Positions 31,993 to 43,800 of a stretch of 64,000 bases of DNA are shown piece after piece; position 1 is the first letter of the stretch; each line of letters begins with the position of its first letter. Location: IMG/VR virus record IMGVR_UViG_3300022241_000068; one strand, written 5' to 3'. Position numbers and translations under genes: made by a program. The stretch is from an uncultured virus (IMG/VR IMGVR_UViG_3300022241_000068) (taxonomy: Duplodnaviria; Heunggongvirae; Uroviricota; Caudoviricetes). The notes under the pieces were generated by a model. It was not told the DNA's origin. It saw nothing but the letters and a program-made list of their open reading frames with translations, and did no database searches.

Positions 31993-33639
31993 TTATAGTA
32001 TATATCCGTTAGAGTCTGGATACCTGTTGGTTAATTCACCATTCTCTACTTGGTCTTGATCACTTGCACAAGTGATAGTGGTCTTTAATGGACCTGCACC
32101 TGTTACAATATATGCATTGATTAATGCTTCAAATTCTGATCTAGTAGTAGCATCTCCAGAAGGAATTAAAACTACAGTTCTTCCTAGAGCATTTGCTGGT
32201 TTACCATATATAGAACCATCCATATGTGGAAGTCCATGCTCAATAACATAAGAACATACAGTACCTGCACAACCTAAGCATTTTGAAATTGCACCACTTC
32301 TACCTTTACCCAAAGGATAACCTGCAGCACCATAATTTCTATGTTCAAAAGCATCATGATCTCTTCCTTTTCCACCTGCATCTGACATGTAATCTCTTAC
32401 AATCCAATCATAAGCAAGATTCTTTGGAGGAGTAGGTTTTACAATTTCCCTAACATAAGTAGATCCAGGTCTGAAACCTTTTACTGCAGCAATAGATAAT
32501 TCTCTATGCTTCATCCATTCAGGATTAAGATTAGGATTGCAAGAACAAGTAGTATCAATAGCATCTCCTATAATTCTGATTCCAGAAGTAAATGTTGGAG
32601 CAGTAGCTTCAGAAGTACAGTTTTTACAATCATTATTAGCAGTAGCTGGAGAGAAATCAGGATCAAAAGGATTGTACTCTTCACAAGGTACAATAGGAGC
32701 ATCAGCTGCAGTTAACAACGCAAAGTCATTATAACAACTATTTACTTCTAACCTTCTTGAACAACAATTACCAAATCCTTTTGTAACTACAGCACTACCT
32801 TTACCATCTAAAAGAACAGTGATTTGATCAACAATTCCTTGTAATTGAGAAAGATAAGTCTTAGTATTATCAAGAGGGTCAACACTATATTCAAGTGTAT
32901 AATCATCACCACCAAAAGATGCTTTAAGAATTTCTGTATCAGTTCTAATACAATCTTTAGTACAAGAATCTGTTACTGGGCTAATACAAAATACTTTAGT
33001 AGTAGCATTAGTAGAAGAATCAGGAGTATCTGCACCATAAAGAATATGGGCAGTAAATCCTTTAGCTTGAGCTCTAGTTCTAGAAGGAGCAAAAGTTGAT
33101 CTCTTCTTGAAACTAGCATTTCTCTTTTCGTTAATGGCATCTCTAAATGCACATGCTAAAGCATGAGTATCTAAACCATTAGTACAAGATGCACAAGCAA
33201 AATCTGAAACTTTTACAGTATAACTGTAAGTAGGCATTTTGTTATAAGGATAGCTATTAATAGAAGCCTCATCCTTTACAGAAATGTTAATTGTATATTC
33301 TTCATCAGTTTCTGCACAATTAAATAAAATATCATAAACAGGAGAAGTACCACAAGCACTCGCCTCTGCAGTTGCAGCAAAAATGTTATTACCAAATAAC
33401 ATATCACCATAACCAGAACGTAAAGTAAACCTGTCAACACCTACTGAAATTACAATTCTTTCATTATCAGAAACTGTAAGAGTTGGTCCCAAAGATTTTC
33501 TAGTAACTGGATCCCAGATTACTAATTGTCCAGGACTCACATTAGTAGATCCATCTGCATTAAATACATCAAGATCTGCATCATAAAGTCCATAATTTCC
33601 ACAAGAAGCGAGAATATTTTCTCTTGTTAAAACACTCAT
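31993..33639 (-). CDS. Auxiliary capsid/structural protein (crAss 'gene 73'-like position)
   Basis: 548 aa; third gene after the MCP, followed by a terminator. Confidence 0.55.
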   Translation of the reverse strand: MSVLTRENILASCGNYGLYDADLDVFNADGSTNVSPGQLVIWDPVTRKSLGPTLTVSDNERIVISVGVDRFTLRSGYGDMLFGNNIFAATAEASACGTSPVYDILFNCAETDEEYTINISVKDEASINSYPYNKMPTYSYTVKVSDFACASCTNGLDTHALACAFRDAINEKRNASFKKRSTFAPSRTRAQAKGFTAHILYGADTPDSSTNATTKVFCISPVTDSCTKDCIRTDTEILKASFGGDDYTLEYSVDPLDNTKTYLSQLQGIVDQITVLLDGKGSAVVTKGFGNCCSRRLEVNSCYNDFALLTAADAPIVPCEEYNPFDPDFSPATANNDCKNCTSEATAPTFTSGIRIIGDAIDTTCSCNPNLNPEWMKHRELSIAAVKGFRPGSTYVREIVKPTPPKNLAYDWIVRDYMSDAGGKGRDHDAFEHRNYGAAGYPLGKGRSGAISKCLGCAGTVCSYVIEHGLPHMDGSIYGKPANALGRTVVLIPSGDATTRSEFEALINAYIVTGAGPLKTTITCASDQDQVENGELTNRYPDSNGYIL

Positions 33640-33663
33640 TATTAAAAATTTAAGTTATAAAAA

Positions 33664-34386
33664 TTAATTTAAATATATTTTGTCTAAATTTAAAAGCTCT
33701 TGAACTTGAGCTTGATAATCATTTATGTCACCTATATCAAGTAAAGCATTAATAGCAGCTAATCTTGAAACTCTTCTCCAAACAAAAGTACTATCAATTT
33801 CAAAATCAATATCTGTTGTAACAGATTCTCCAGAAGAATTTACATACATACCAGAAGAAGTTAGAGATGGAGTAGCTATATGCTTTGGTTTTTTAATATA
33901 ATCAATGAACACATTATCTATTATTGAATCTTTACTTTTATATATTATTAAAGATCTATCTTGTTCATTTGCATATAATCTTTCCCATTCCCAAGAAGGC
34001 TTGTAAAGAGGATCTCTCAGAGTTTTATTAATATCTGAAGACTGTAAAATAGGTAAACCTAATTCTTTTGATTTATTACATCCTATTTTAGAAAAGTTTA
34101 CCCATCTTCTACCAACCCTATATAAATCATCTGGATATTTAGCACTAACTATTTCATCATTTATAACCTTTACTTTAAGAGATTCATTGACTACTTTTAG
34201 TTGTGAAAGATGGTTTCTGACTAAATCATTTACTTCAAATTTTACTATTAAATTTTCAAAAATGAAATCTATGGCTTCATTCAAATATTGATCACCATCA
34301 GCTACAGAAATACTTTTAGAATACTCACTATTCTTTCTATTTAAGTGCCTTCTAAAATCTTCCTGTAAAACCTTAGCTTTTATCAT
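33664..34386 (-). CDS. Head-tail adaptor/ring protein (crAss 'gene 74'-like)
   Basis: 'DQYLNEAI', 'IDYIKKPKHI'; synteny. Confidence 0.65.
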   Translation of the reverse strand: MIKAKVLQEDFRRHLNRKNSEYSKSISVADGDQYLNEAIDFIFENLIVKFEVNDLVRNHLSQLKVVNESLKVKVINDEIVSAKYPDDLYRVGRRWVNFSKIGCNKSKELGLPILQSSDINKTLRDPLYKPSWEWERLYANEQDRSLIIYKSKDSIIDNVFIDYIKKPKHIATPSLTSSGMYVNSSGESVTTDIDFEIDSTFVWRRVSRLAAINALLDIGDINDYQAQVQELLNLDKIYLN

Positions 34387-35326
34387 ATTTAATAGCGTCT
34401 TCTAATTTGATTAACATTTCCTGATTATCAGGATTTTTAAGATACTCTTCTATTTGTTCCATTGTTTTTCCAACAGGAGAACCTAATAGTAACCATCCTA
34501 CATTTTGTTGACGCTTTAATATACCAAGAGATTTAGCTTTCTGAATCCTGTGTTTAAGATTTAAATCTTCAGTTTCCATTTTGCAAAACTTAACAAACAG
34601 TTCTTGTCTTGTCATCTTTGCATCAGTAATTCTTGTTACATTATCTTCTGCAGCTTTAAATAAAATATCATCAACTACATCAGAATCAACTTTCTCATTT
34701 GGGATTAATCCCATTGCCATTGCAATTTTCTTCTTCTTTTCACTAGTTAAACTTTCATAAAGTTTAATAACTTCTAATTTAGAAGCTCTAGCTTTTTTCC
34801 TAGATGCTATATCAATAGCTTTATCAACTATAACATATCTGGCAGAAGCTGTTAAAAGTGGATTGTCTTCTCCACCTATTACAAACCAAGGATGTTTTTT
34901 AAGACCTCTTAAAATAAGATTATGCAAAGGATTGGCTTTATCTAATAAGATTTCACCTTCTTTAGTCATTAATCTCGCAGATCTATGTGTAAAAAAAGCA
35001 TCATTTGGATCCCAAATATCAGCTTTAAGTATATATTCTCCTTGATTCTTACCTTTTTCATATTGCAATCTTGTTTCTTTAACAAGATCATTTAATGATT
35101 GGCAATTTTCTTCAAACCCATCTAGTAACCATTTCCTTTTATTATGACCCCAAGGAATTCTGAAGAAAGGCTTGGAACCAGGAAATCTTTGACCATCAAA
35201 GTTTGATTTTAATTCTTTTTTTATTTCTCCATTTTCGTTAGATTCTGTGTACACTGTAGTCATAGAACCAACTGAAGAAAATTTTCTACTACCTGATCTA
35301 GGTTTAATTGTTACTAATTCGCTCAT
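34373..35326 (-). CDS. Conserved capsid-module protein (crAss 'gene 75'-like)
   Basis: Follows the MCP; C-terminal 'IQKA...GIL......G...G...E....YLKNPDNQE'. Confidence 0.6.
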   Translation of the reverse strand: MSELVTIKPRSGSRKFSSVGSMTTVYTESNENGEIKKELKSNFDGQRFPGSKPFFRIPWGHNKRKWLLDGFEENCQSLNDLVKETRLQYEKGKNQGEYILKADIWDPNDAFFTHRSARLMTKEGEILLDKANPLHNLILRGLKKHPWFVIGGEDNPLLTASARYVIVDKAIDIASRKKARASKLEVIKLYESLTSEKKKKIAMAMGLIPNEKVDSDVVDDILFKAAEDNVTRITDAKMTRQELFVKFCKMETEDLNLKHRIQKAKSLGILKRQQNVGWLLLGSPVGKTMEQIEEYLKNPDNQEMLIKLEDAIKYDKS

Positions 35327-35371
35327 TTTTTATATTTAATTAAAAAAAAATGGCTATGGGGATTATATATT

Positions 35372-35410
35372 ATAGTAAGCTAGTCAGGATAAACCTGACT
35401 AACTAACTAT
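35372..35410. terminator. Hairpin downstream of the major capsid gene
   Basis: TAGTCAGG-ATAAA-CCTGACTA stem with imperfect extension; weak U-tail. Confidence 0.45.
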
Positions 35411-35421
35411 AAAAGAAATAT

Positions 35422-36957
35422 TTAGATCACATTCATTGTGAAGACCGCAGTCAAACTCACATCTTTAACTCTAATACCATAACTATCTGTATGGAATAAT
35501 TCATAATATCTACCTTCGTGTGTTGCAACAAATCCTGATTTATTGTTTCTTCCATCAATAGGTCCTACAGGTGACCAAGTACCACAAATATAAGTAAATA
35601 CTTCGTGGTTCTTTCTTTTCATTAACTCAATATTTGCTCCTGCACCATTACCCATTCCATAATCCAAAACAATGAAATCATAAGAAGAAAGTGGTAAACC
35701 AGTTTCAGGATGTACTACACCACCATTTAAGTATGTAGAATCAAGAATTGGCCAATGTTCAACTCTGATAATTCCAAAAGGGAATATCTGATACTCATTG
35801 AAGTAAGGATTTTTCAAAGACATTGCAGGTCCAGAGTTAGCTCCAAAAGAAGAACCTTTTCCTACATAATCTTCGTACTTGGATATAATTGCAGACTCTG
35901 AATATTTTTCAGTAATCCACTTATTCCAAAGAGTAAGACCACCTTGTCCAGTATATACTGTAACTTTTCTTTGAGCAGGATCTACTCTATCAAACCATAC
36001 AGATTGGAGATACTCTACAAACATGTCTATAGAACCTCCATTCATAGGGTAAGGAATGATGTTACCATCTTCCAAGAATTCCATAAGACCTGGACCAATC
36101 CTTCTATGATATCCTACAGTAGGATCAATAAGATTCTTACCTGCAGACCTTCCATAGAATAATCCTAATTCTTTTTCCCATTTAGCTTGAGCAACAAACT
36201 CTGCCTCTATATAAGATACAATCTGTGAAGGATAATCCTTTACTTCTTGACCTTTGTCATCGCAGAAAGTCATTTTCAAGTTTAACTCATGGGCTTTGTT
36301 AGATACCCTAACTCTCTTACCATAATCAGTAAGTGAAGCTTGGAATTCCAACCAAGAACCTCCATAGAATTGAGTACTACCATATCCTCTAGAAGCTTCA
36401 GAGTAAACAGCATCAATTTTGATCCAGTTAATACCTGCTTCTAACAATTCTGGTGGGAAATAAGATCTACCATCTCTGTCTACTAATTCTACGTTATAAA
36501 TAAAATCAGTTCCGTCAGCTACTGGTAATCCTTTTACAATTACTTGGATTTCTTTTCTGATATCTGGAGCAAGCCTGTCTCCTTCTACAAACCAAGGAAC
36601 ATTAAGTTTAATTGCAAACTCAGTATTTTGAATACCTGGAGTTTCTACACCAGGAAACAAATTTTCTGTTTGCATTGCCTTAATTTCTCCTTCACCTTTG
36701 AGTCTCCATTTGAACTCATCAGTGTCAATGATTTTAACTCTACCATTCCCCATTAACCAGTCTTGGAGGGGAGTTCTCTTTGCAACTAGAGAAGGTGCTG
36801 CACTAGCTAAGTGTTTTAGCACTGGTTCTGTTAAATCTGTCCAGGGTTGAACCTTGTTATAGGTTCTCAACAAAACATTCTCTGAAGCATAATTTGCCCA
36901 GTTTAGATGTTTTGTACTTTCTTCATGTACTTTAAATTTACTTACTAAAGGTCTCAT
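35422..36957 (-). CDS. Major capsid protein
   Basis: 511 aa; 'DEFKWRL', 'WEKELGLFYG', 'IGPGLMEFLE', 'VYTGQGG'; portal-scaffold-MCP order. Confidence 0.85.
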   Translation of the reverse strand: MRPLVSKFKVHEESTKHLNWANYASENVLLRTYNKVQPWTDLTEPVLKHLASAAPSLVAKRTPLQDWLMGNGRVKIIDTDEFKWRLKGEGEIKAMQTENLFPGVETPGIQNTEFAIKLNVPWFVEGDRLAPDIRKEIQVIVKGLPVADGTDFIYNVELVDRDGRSYFPPELLEAGINWIKIDAVYSEASRGYGSTQFYGGSWLEFQASLTDYGKRVRVSNKAHELNLKMTFCDDKGQEVKDYPSQIVSYIEAEFVAQAKWEKELGLFYGRSAGKNLIDPTVGYHRRIGPGLMEFLEDGNIIPYPMNGGSIDMFVEYLQSVWFDRVDPAQRKVTVYTGQGGLTLWNKWITEKYSESAIISKYEDYVGKGSSFGANSGPAMSLKNPYFNEYQIFPFGIIRVEHWPILDSTYLNGGVVHPETGLPLSSYDFIVLDYGMGNGAGANIELMKRKNHEVFTYICGTWSPVGPIDGRNNKSGFVATHEGRYYELFHTDSYGIRVKDVSLTAVFTMNVI

Positions 36958-36978
36958 AATTTTTTTTAATGATTAGAT

Positions 36979-38103
36979 CTAAGTTCTTCTTAAATCTTTG
37001 ATTAGATTATCTAATGATGATTTCTCAGTTTTATTTCTGTTAGGAGAAGTACGTCTACCTTGAAGAAGAGATCTTAATGTATCTTGTTCTTCTTCTTTAG
37101 CTTGCTCTTTTACAAAGTCAAACTTACCACCTTTGAGTAACCAATGATAAAAAGAAATCATTTTCTCATAATCATTATTTAACTCATTCTGTAAAACTTG
37201 AATCTTAGATGCTCTAATCTTCTGAAGTTTTCCAGTCTGTGGGTTTGGTACTTCTACAATTTCTGTAGGAGTAAAAATAGCATCATAAAGATCTTTCTGA
37301 TCTTTTTTACTTAATTTGATACCATTTACTTCTCCTTTATTTATAATTTCTTGAACAGTCTCTACTGTTTCTTGATATGTTTCTTGAGCTTCAAGTCTTA
37401 ACCTTTCTTGTTCTTCTTTATAAGAATCAAGAATATTATCTTGAGCTTTCTTGAAATTAGAAAGTACAGATTCTGCTTTTTGTTTACCTTTACCTTTATC
37501 TAAGATATTTTCAACTAAGTCTTGAATCTCATCTTCTTCTATACCTCTACGTCTTAAGTCTTCTGAAAGAAGAGTTTTTTGATCTTCTTCTTTTGAAGGG
37601 TCTAGTGTTAATAAATCTTGGAACTCAAGTGCATGTTTAACAGCATTTGGATCTCCTCCTTCAATTAAGAATTCAACGTATTTAGCAGCTTCTCCTGCTC
37701 TTGAAGCAAGTTCTTGAGTAGTTTGTTTTAGAATAATCTCATTAGATTTTCTATATAACTCTCTAAGCTTCAAGGGATCTAGATCTTTTGGGATATCTTT
37801 TTCTTCCAATCCTTCAAATAAACCTTCTCTTATTTCAGCTATTGCAATAAGTGCACTATCTGAATAATCAGAATATTCATTTGTTTCCTTTTCATCATCA
37901 TCCTTATCTGAAGGATCATCATCATCTTCAGCATTCTCTGCTGCTGGAATTTCAGAATTATCTTCTTGTTTGTCTAAATCTTCTTCAAGATACTCCTCTT
38001 CTGGGTAACTTTCTTCTTTGTACTGTTCTTCCTGAATCTCTCCAATATTGATTTTAAATCCTACTGGTACTTCAAATTCAGAGACATTATTTCCTCCTGT
38101 CAT
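36979..38103 (-). CDS. Acidic scaffold-like protein (crAss 'gene 77'-like)
   Basis: Very acidic N-terminus, helical; lies between portal and MCP. Confidence 0.65.
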   Translation of the reverse strand: MTGGNNVSEFEVPVGFKINIGEIQEEQYKEESYPEEEYLEEDLDKQEDNSEIPAAENAEDDDDPSDKDDDEKETNEYSDYSDSALIAIAEIREGLFEGLEEKDIPKDLDPLKLRELYRKSNEIILKQTTQELASRAGEAAKYVEFLIEGGDPNAVKHALEFQDLLTLDPSKEEDQKTLLSEDLRRRGIEEDEIQDLVENILDKGKGKQKAESVLSNFKKAQDNILDSYKEEQERLRLEAQETYQETVETVQEIINKGEVNGIKLSKKDQKDLYDAIFTPTEIVEVPNPQTGKLQKIRASKIQVLQNELNNDYEKMISFYHWLLKGGKFDFVKEQAKEEEQDTLRSLLQGRRTSPNRNKTEKSSLDNLIKDLRRT

Positions 38104-38198
38104 AAAATCTGGGTTAAAGTTATAAATAATTTGTTTTTGTTTAAAATAAATATACTATTTTCATAAAAATAAACTTTCGCAGCATATAGCTAAAAGTT

Positions 38199-40802
38199 TT
38201 ACTTAGAAACTGACTTTTTTCTTGCTGCTATTCTTTTTACTTCAATTTCTTTGTCTTTAGTCTTAGATTGCTCTAATAGTTTTTTAAATTCAATTTCTTT
38301 TTGTGTTTTCAATTTTTCAAATTCTAATTTAGATTTTTCATCCATATCACTATATTTAAGTTCAATCTCTAGCATTTTAACTTCCATCTCTTTATTAAAC
38401 TTAAATAGATCAGCTTCTATCTTCATTTGTTCTTTTTCATATTCATCATCTAATTGATTTAGATTAATATCTTCTTGTCTAGCAAACCTTGTACTTTCAA
38501 TTTCTGCTTGCTTTTCTCTGGACATTAACTCATTAGCCTGTTTTAATAATTCAAAGTCTTGTTGCATTTTCTGAAGCTGTTGTTGAATTTCTGCTTGTTG
38601 CTGCATCTGCTCTTGTTGAGCTTGTTGCTGTTCTGCTTGCTGTTGCTTCATTCTTTCTTCAGCACCTTCTGCAATATTCATTATATCTGCACCAGACTTA
38701 GCCCATTGTAATCTAATAAGTTCAGGAAATGAGATAAGACCATTTTGGATCATGGATTGTGCTTGCTGTCTTACTTGAAGAATGTTTTCAAAATCTTGAG
38801 AAGAATTTCTGACTTTTATAGCTAATTCAGATCTCCATAACATTTCCCAATCAATATCTAATTCTGCTACTGACATATCATCAAGGACATAAGTCTTGAT
38901 AGGTGGATTATCTTTAAACGCTACTCTAGCAACATTTATAAGAACATTCATTAAATTTTCTACTACTTTATTATGAGTATTAAATAGATCATAAGTTTGA
39001 TAAGAAGATTGCATTATATTCTGCTGGTTATTAGTAACACTGACAGAAGATTGCTGCATACCTAACCTGGAAGGATTATAACTCATTGATAATGCAACCT
39101 GGTTCTTTATGAACTCTAAGTATTGTAGTTTTCCAGCTAAGTCTGATATTGTAGATAAATCCAGAGATTTAAAGATCTGAGCATCTGCTGGAGTTACTCC
39201 TTCTTGTTGTAGATCAATAGGAATTATCTTTCCATACTTGGCCATTAAAATAAATTTCTGCCAAGACCAATTTTTAGGTTTTGCATGGAAAGAAGTTAAA
39301 AACACCTTACCCATGTCAGTAGCTTCTAATTCATGGATTTTTGCTAACTGTACATTAAACTTATATTGCCAAGGTTTACCTAAATCCATTGGAGCAACAT
39401 TTTTTGAATTACCCATTAACTTTGAGTATTGAGCTCCTATATAAGGTAACTTAGTATCCCAAGGATTACTTAAAGATTTATATTGATAAGGTACAGGTCT
39501 TTTATTTAAATAGATAGAATCTGCTCCACTTCCAATTCTTTCACATTCCCAAACTTCTGGAACCCAAGCTTCATATTCTTTTATATCACCATTTAAAGGA
39601 TTAAACTGATAAGATTCATCAACCCAAAAAGAAGTTTTTTCTTTGGTTTTTGGATCTATTCTTTTTATTTGCTTTAATCTTCTTAAAGCTTTCCAAGTGA
39701 TGTGCACATGTCTGATATCTCCAGACTTAACTGCTGATGAACCACCACCTAATAAGTTTCTTAAAAATTCTTGGCCTTCTTGAGTTTGTACTTGAGGTGC
39801 AGTTTCTAAATATGTAGGATTAGAATATATTTGGTAATCTATTACTTGCTGCATAGGATTCATTATTCCTTGAGAAGCATAGTAATCTAATTTCTTTTTT
39901 ATGTCTTTTTTCTTACCTATTTCATCCCCATGCCAATTGTAGATATCTGAATACATTACATACTGCTCATACTTAGCAGCAACACCTTCTTCAATAAACA
40001 TAGAATTAGGTCTTCCCAAATGATAAAAACCCATTGGATTAACTAATTCTATAAAAGGCATATTATGTCTAATACCTACCCTATATATTTCTTCTCCTGT
40101 AATTATAGCATGTTTAAAACCTTCATCTGTAACATATTTAATATCTAAGTAATCTGATAAGAAATCTATTAATTTTTGAGCTTGAGCTTCAGATGGAGAT
40201 TTATAATCTTTACGCATATAACTATTAATCTCTTTTGGAGTCATAGATTCAATCTTATCTCCAATGTCTACTTGCATTTGCTGTTGTTGTTCTGGAGATA
40301 ATTTGTAAGGATCCTCTATTTTATTCTCCATCATATACTGTTGAGTAACTTGCTCTTGTAAAGGAGCTATTACTCTTTGATGTATGCTCTCTTGTAGAAG
40401 AGAGAGTCTTTTAGCTTTTCTATCATTTATACTATAACCTGAAGAATCAAATGCTATGGGAGTAAAAGGTCTTAATTGCTGTTCTCCTACTAAAGCTTTG
40501 GCAATCTGATCAATGATAGGATGATGTTGAATACCTTCATATCCTGCAGTAATACCTTCTTCTAAAAGTTCAGAATGATCTTCTCCTTGAAAAGATTTCA
40601 TTGCTTCTTTTCCATGTCCATTATATAGTTGATAATTCATGTTTAACCTCTCAGAACGATCTTTATCATTAAGAGGTGAATACATATTATCTATGTATTC
40701 TGCGCATTTTTCTGCCCATTCAAAATCATTTGCTTTCTTTTTATCCCAAGAAATGCGTTGATTAAAAATATAGGAATTTGAAAATATGTCATTGTTAAGC
40801 AT
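38199..40802 (-). CDS. Portal protein
   Basis: 867 aa; 'NYQLYNG', 'HHPII...LVGE..RPF', 'WVPEVWE..RIG', Q-rich C-terminal coiled coil; follows TerL. Confidence 0.9.
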   Translation of the reverse strand: MLNNDIFSNSYIFNQRISWDKKKANDFEWAEKCAEYIDNMYSPLNDKDRSERLNMNYQLYNGHGKEAMKSFQGEDHSELLEEGITAGYEGIQHHPIIDQIAKALVGEQQLRPFTPIAFDSSGYSINDRKAKRLSLLQESIHQRVIAPLQEQVTQQYMMENKIEDPYKLSPEQQQQMQVDIGDKIESMTPKEINSYMRKDYKSPSEAQAQKLIDFLSDYLDIKYVTDEGFKHAIITGEEIYRVGIRHNMPFIELVNPMGFYHLGRPNSMFIEEGVAAKYEQYVMYSDIYNWHGDEIGKKKDIKKKLDYYASQGIMNPMQQVIDYQIYSNPTYLETAPQVQTQEGQEFLRNLLGGGSSAVKSGDIRHVHITWKALRRLKQIKRIDPKTKEKTSFWVDESYQFNPLNGDIKEYEAWVPEVWECERIGSGADSIYLNKRPVPYQYKSLSNPWDTKLPYIGAQYSKLMGNSKNVAPMDLGKPWQYKFNVQLAKIHELEATDMGKVFLTSFHAKPKNWSWQKFILMAKYGKIIPIDLQQEGVTPADAQIFKSLDLSTISDLAGKLQYLEFIKNQVALSMSYNPSRLGMQQSSVSVTNNQQNIMQSSYQTYDLFNTHNKVVENLMNVLINVARVAFKDNPPIKTYVLDDMSVAELDIDWEMLWRSELAIKVRNSSQDFENILQVRQQAQSMIQNGLISFPELIRLQWAKSGADIMNIAEGAEERMKQQQAEQQQAQQEQMQQQAEIQQQLQKMQQDFELLKQANELMSREKQAEIESTRFARQEDINLNQLDDEYEKEQMKIEADLFKFNKEMEVKMLEIELKYSDMDEKSKLEFEKLKTQKEIEFKKLLEQSKTKDKEIEVKRIAARKKSVSK

Positions 40803-43800
40803 ACCAGTTGTTTTTTTGGGGATGTACAGTTCTCACACGTGTTTTAAAAAAATTGTTTAAGTCATTATAAGGGTCTTCTTTTTTATCATCTTCTTTGATT
40901 TCAACATCTCTTTCTTGTGATAACCAAAGTACCAATAACTTCAAAGAAGATACATGGTCATAGTTACCATCTCTATCATATGATTGTAATTCTCTAATTA
41001 TTCTTAAAGAATATAATTTATCTAAACCTAATAACAAGACACCATCATCTAACTTTTTCCAAGGCTCTAATAACATTTGTCTTATTAATTGTTCACAATG
41101 TATAGATAAGGGTCTTGTCATTGTTACTCCATACTCATATTTATGAGCGTAATTTATACCACCTTTCTTTATTGCTTCATATGGACAGATTTGTAATTTA
41201 TGTACAAAACCATTCATTTTACAATAATTTATAAATCCAGGTAAGTTATTTTCTACTAGTATCATTGAGTTATAATAAGTAGCAAGTTTGATAGCCACTT
41301 CATGTATGTCATCTACTTTATCATATCTACATAACATCTCTGCAACTATGGTATCCTGCATACCTGCATTCCAAGACTCTTCTGCAAAACCTTTATATAC
41401 TAAAATAGATGCTAATGAAGTTCCTCCACCATCATCTTTTACAGGGTCATAAACTACTTTATAAAGAGATCTTCTATATGTTGGATTAGGAATATTATCA
41501 GGAGGATGTTCATATACTACAATTGCAGAATTTAGATTTGCTTTATATTGATCAAGATTCATATGTTGAATAGGTCTTGATTTACGCCTAGGCCCTAAAT
41601 CCTCTTTCCACCTAACAGATTTCTTATCTACATCATCCCATTCTAAATCCCCTATAGAAGCATATATATCAAATAAATTTTTAGTTTCTATTTCAGCTTC
41701 TCTTTGTCTTAATTTAGCTGTTGGGAATAAATTAGAAGTAGATGATAAAAACATCTCAGAAGGCACTAATGGTCTTGCCATCATATACCCATCTAATGCC
41801 ATAGAGTTAGATGCTTGTTCTTTTCTTTTTCTTTCTAGTAACTCCTGCTCTAAAGCTGCTTCTATATTTGTATTACCATTATGATCTTTAAATACGTTAT
41901 TACTATAATAAGCAGGAATAAAGCATCCTATAGGTCTAGATCTGTTTTCCCATAAATCAGGATAAGGTACAAAATCATATGTTTCTGGATCTTCAAATAT
42001 AATCTTAGAATCATTAATCTTATCTATGTTACCACCTGTATTATGTGTTTGAATACCATTAGCTAAATAACAATGATTACCAAAAGCTTTTAAATTATAT
42101 ACTTCTTGATCACCTATATTTTCTACAGCAACAATAGTTTCAAATCTTAAATTTTTTACTTTATCGTAATTCTGTTTAGTCCTATAATTGTCTTTAGTAT
42201 TATGATAAATTTTATCTAACTTCTCTTGTTTGTGTTTTACTAATAAATTAATATTTTCATAAAATCTTATTAAGCTTAATTTATCCTTAATATAGAGATT
42301 GTAAGTTTGGTATTTACCATTAGCAATTTTTGTCTTTCTTGGCTCTTCTATTCTTATTTTAGAATGTATTCCTAATTTATTTAATAGATAGAATAAATCA
42401 TATACTAATAATCTACTTATTGAAGTATACTTTATAGTTGAGTATTTAGTTTTTTCATTAAAATATATACAACCATCTCCATCAAATAGTCCTGCTATTA
42501 ATTTACAAACATCCTCTTTTGAATAAGATTGAATATTTTCTGGTAATCTTTTATCTAACTTGGTTTGACCCATTATCCCTAAATTCCTTAACTCAGGGAT
42601 TACTTCTAATATTCTTTCTTTTCTTAATATTTTACTAGTTTTAGTAAGTTTAGGTTCTTCTTGTACTTTTGTTTTATGATTAGAATGAATATAATTCCAT
42701 ACTTCTTCGTCTGAATTCATAATTTTAGGCATTTGCCCATTACCATAAGTACCATCAGACATTAACATTCCTACTAAATAAGGATCAAACATCCTTTTAT
42801 CTGACCAAATATCAACTTTATCTATAACTCCAATTACATCCCCTGGAAATAACATTTGAGTTTCAAAAAATTCAAAGTCTTTTCTTAATAAACCATTGGG
42901 TCTTCTTTTTTTAGTATATATAGGATGATCATATGAACAATTTAGAACCCTACCAGAATTAGTAGTTATTTTGTAACACTCTGTTAACTCCCTACCATTT
43001 CTTTCTTCAATATCTTGTTTTAATAAACCAGTTTCTGAATCATGAGATAATATACCATCTTCTACTTTAAGATCTTCTATGTTTTTAAACTCTCCTGAGT
43101 TTGTCCATACTTTAGAACCTTTGCATACGCAACCTAAATATAAAGCAGATCCAAATTTATTCTTTCTAATCATACATGTTTCATTAGCAGCATGTATTTT
43201 CAATAAATCTGAGGATAATCCACACTCTTCTACCACCATAATCTGAGGCCTAGTACCTACTGCAGCTTCTGCGTTATCAGCGTAAGCAACATGTATCAAC
43301 TTTGTACCAGTACCTTTGTTTAACCAGATCTTTCCTTCTTGAGCTCTATATTCATGTCTATATGGGGAATCTGTATTATTTGGTCCAGTTTTACCTGTAC
43401 AGTTATTATAAAAATAACCAGGTATAAATTCATCTCCTTTACCCCATGCACCAGGCCCTGTCTTTAAATGTTCCTGGATTGTAAGAAACTTCTTTATTAA
43501 TTCATTTGACTTAGAAGTCTGAGAAGATCCTACAAGTAATTCTGCAGCAGCTGGATTATCTAAATAACTTTCATCATAATATTTCTTACCATAAAAATTG
43601 AAAGTTTGTGCAAGAATTCCTGATACACTATAAGACTTTCCTGTAGCACGGGAAGTTAACAAGAAAAAGTTTTTAGCATCATTATCGTATATAGGTTTAC
43701 CTAAAGGATTAGAAAATGTCTTGTACAGATATTCTTTAGATTCTATATATTTTTTATATTCTCCATCCTCCTTTTTTAAGAACTCCAAACTCTTTAGTCT

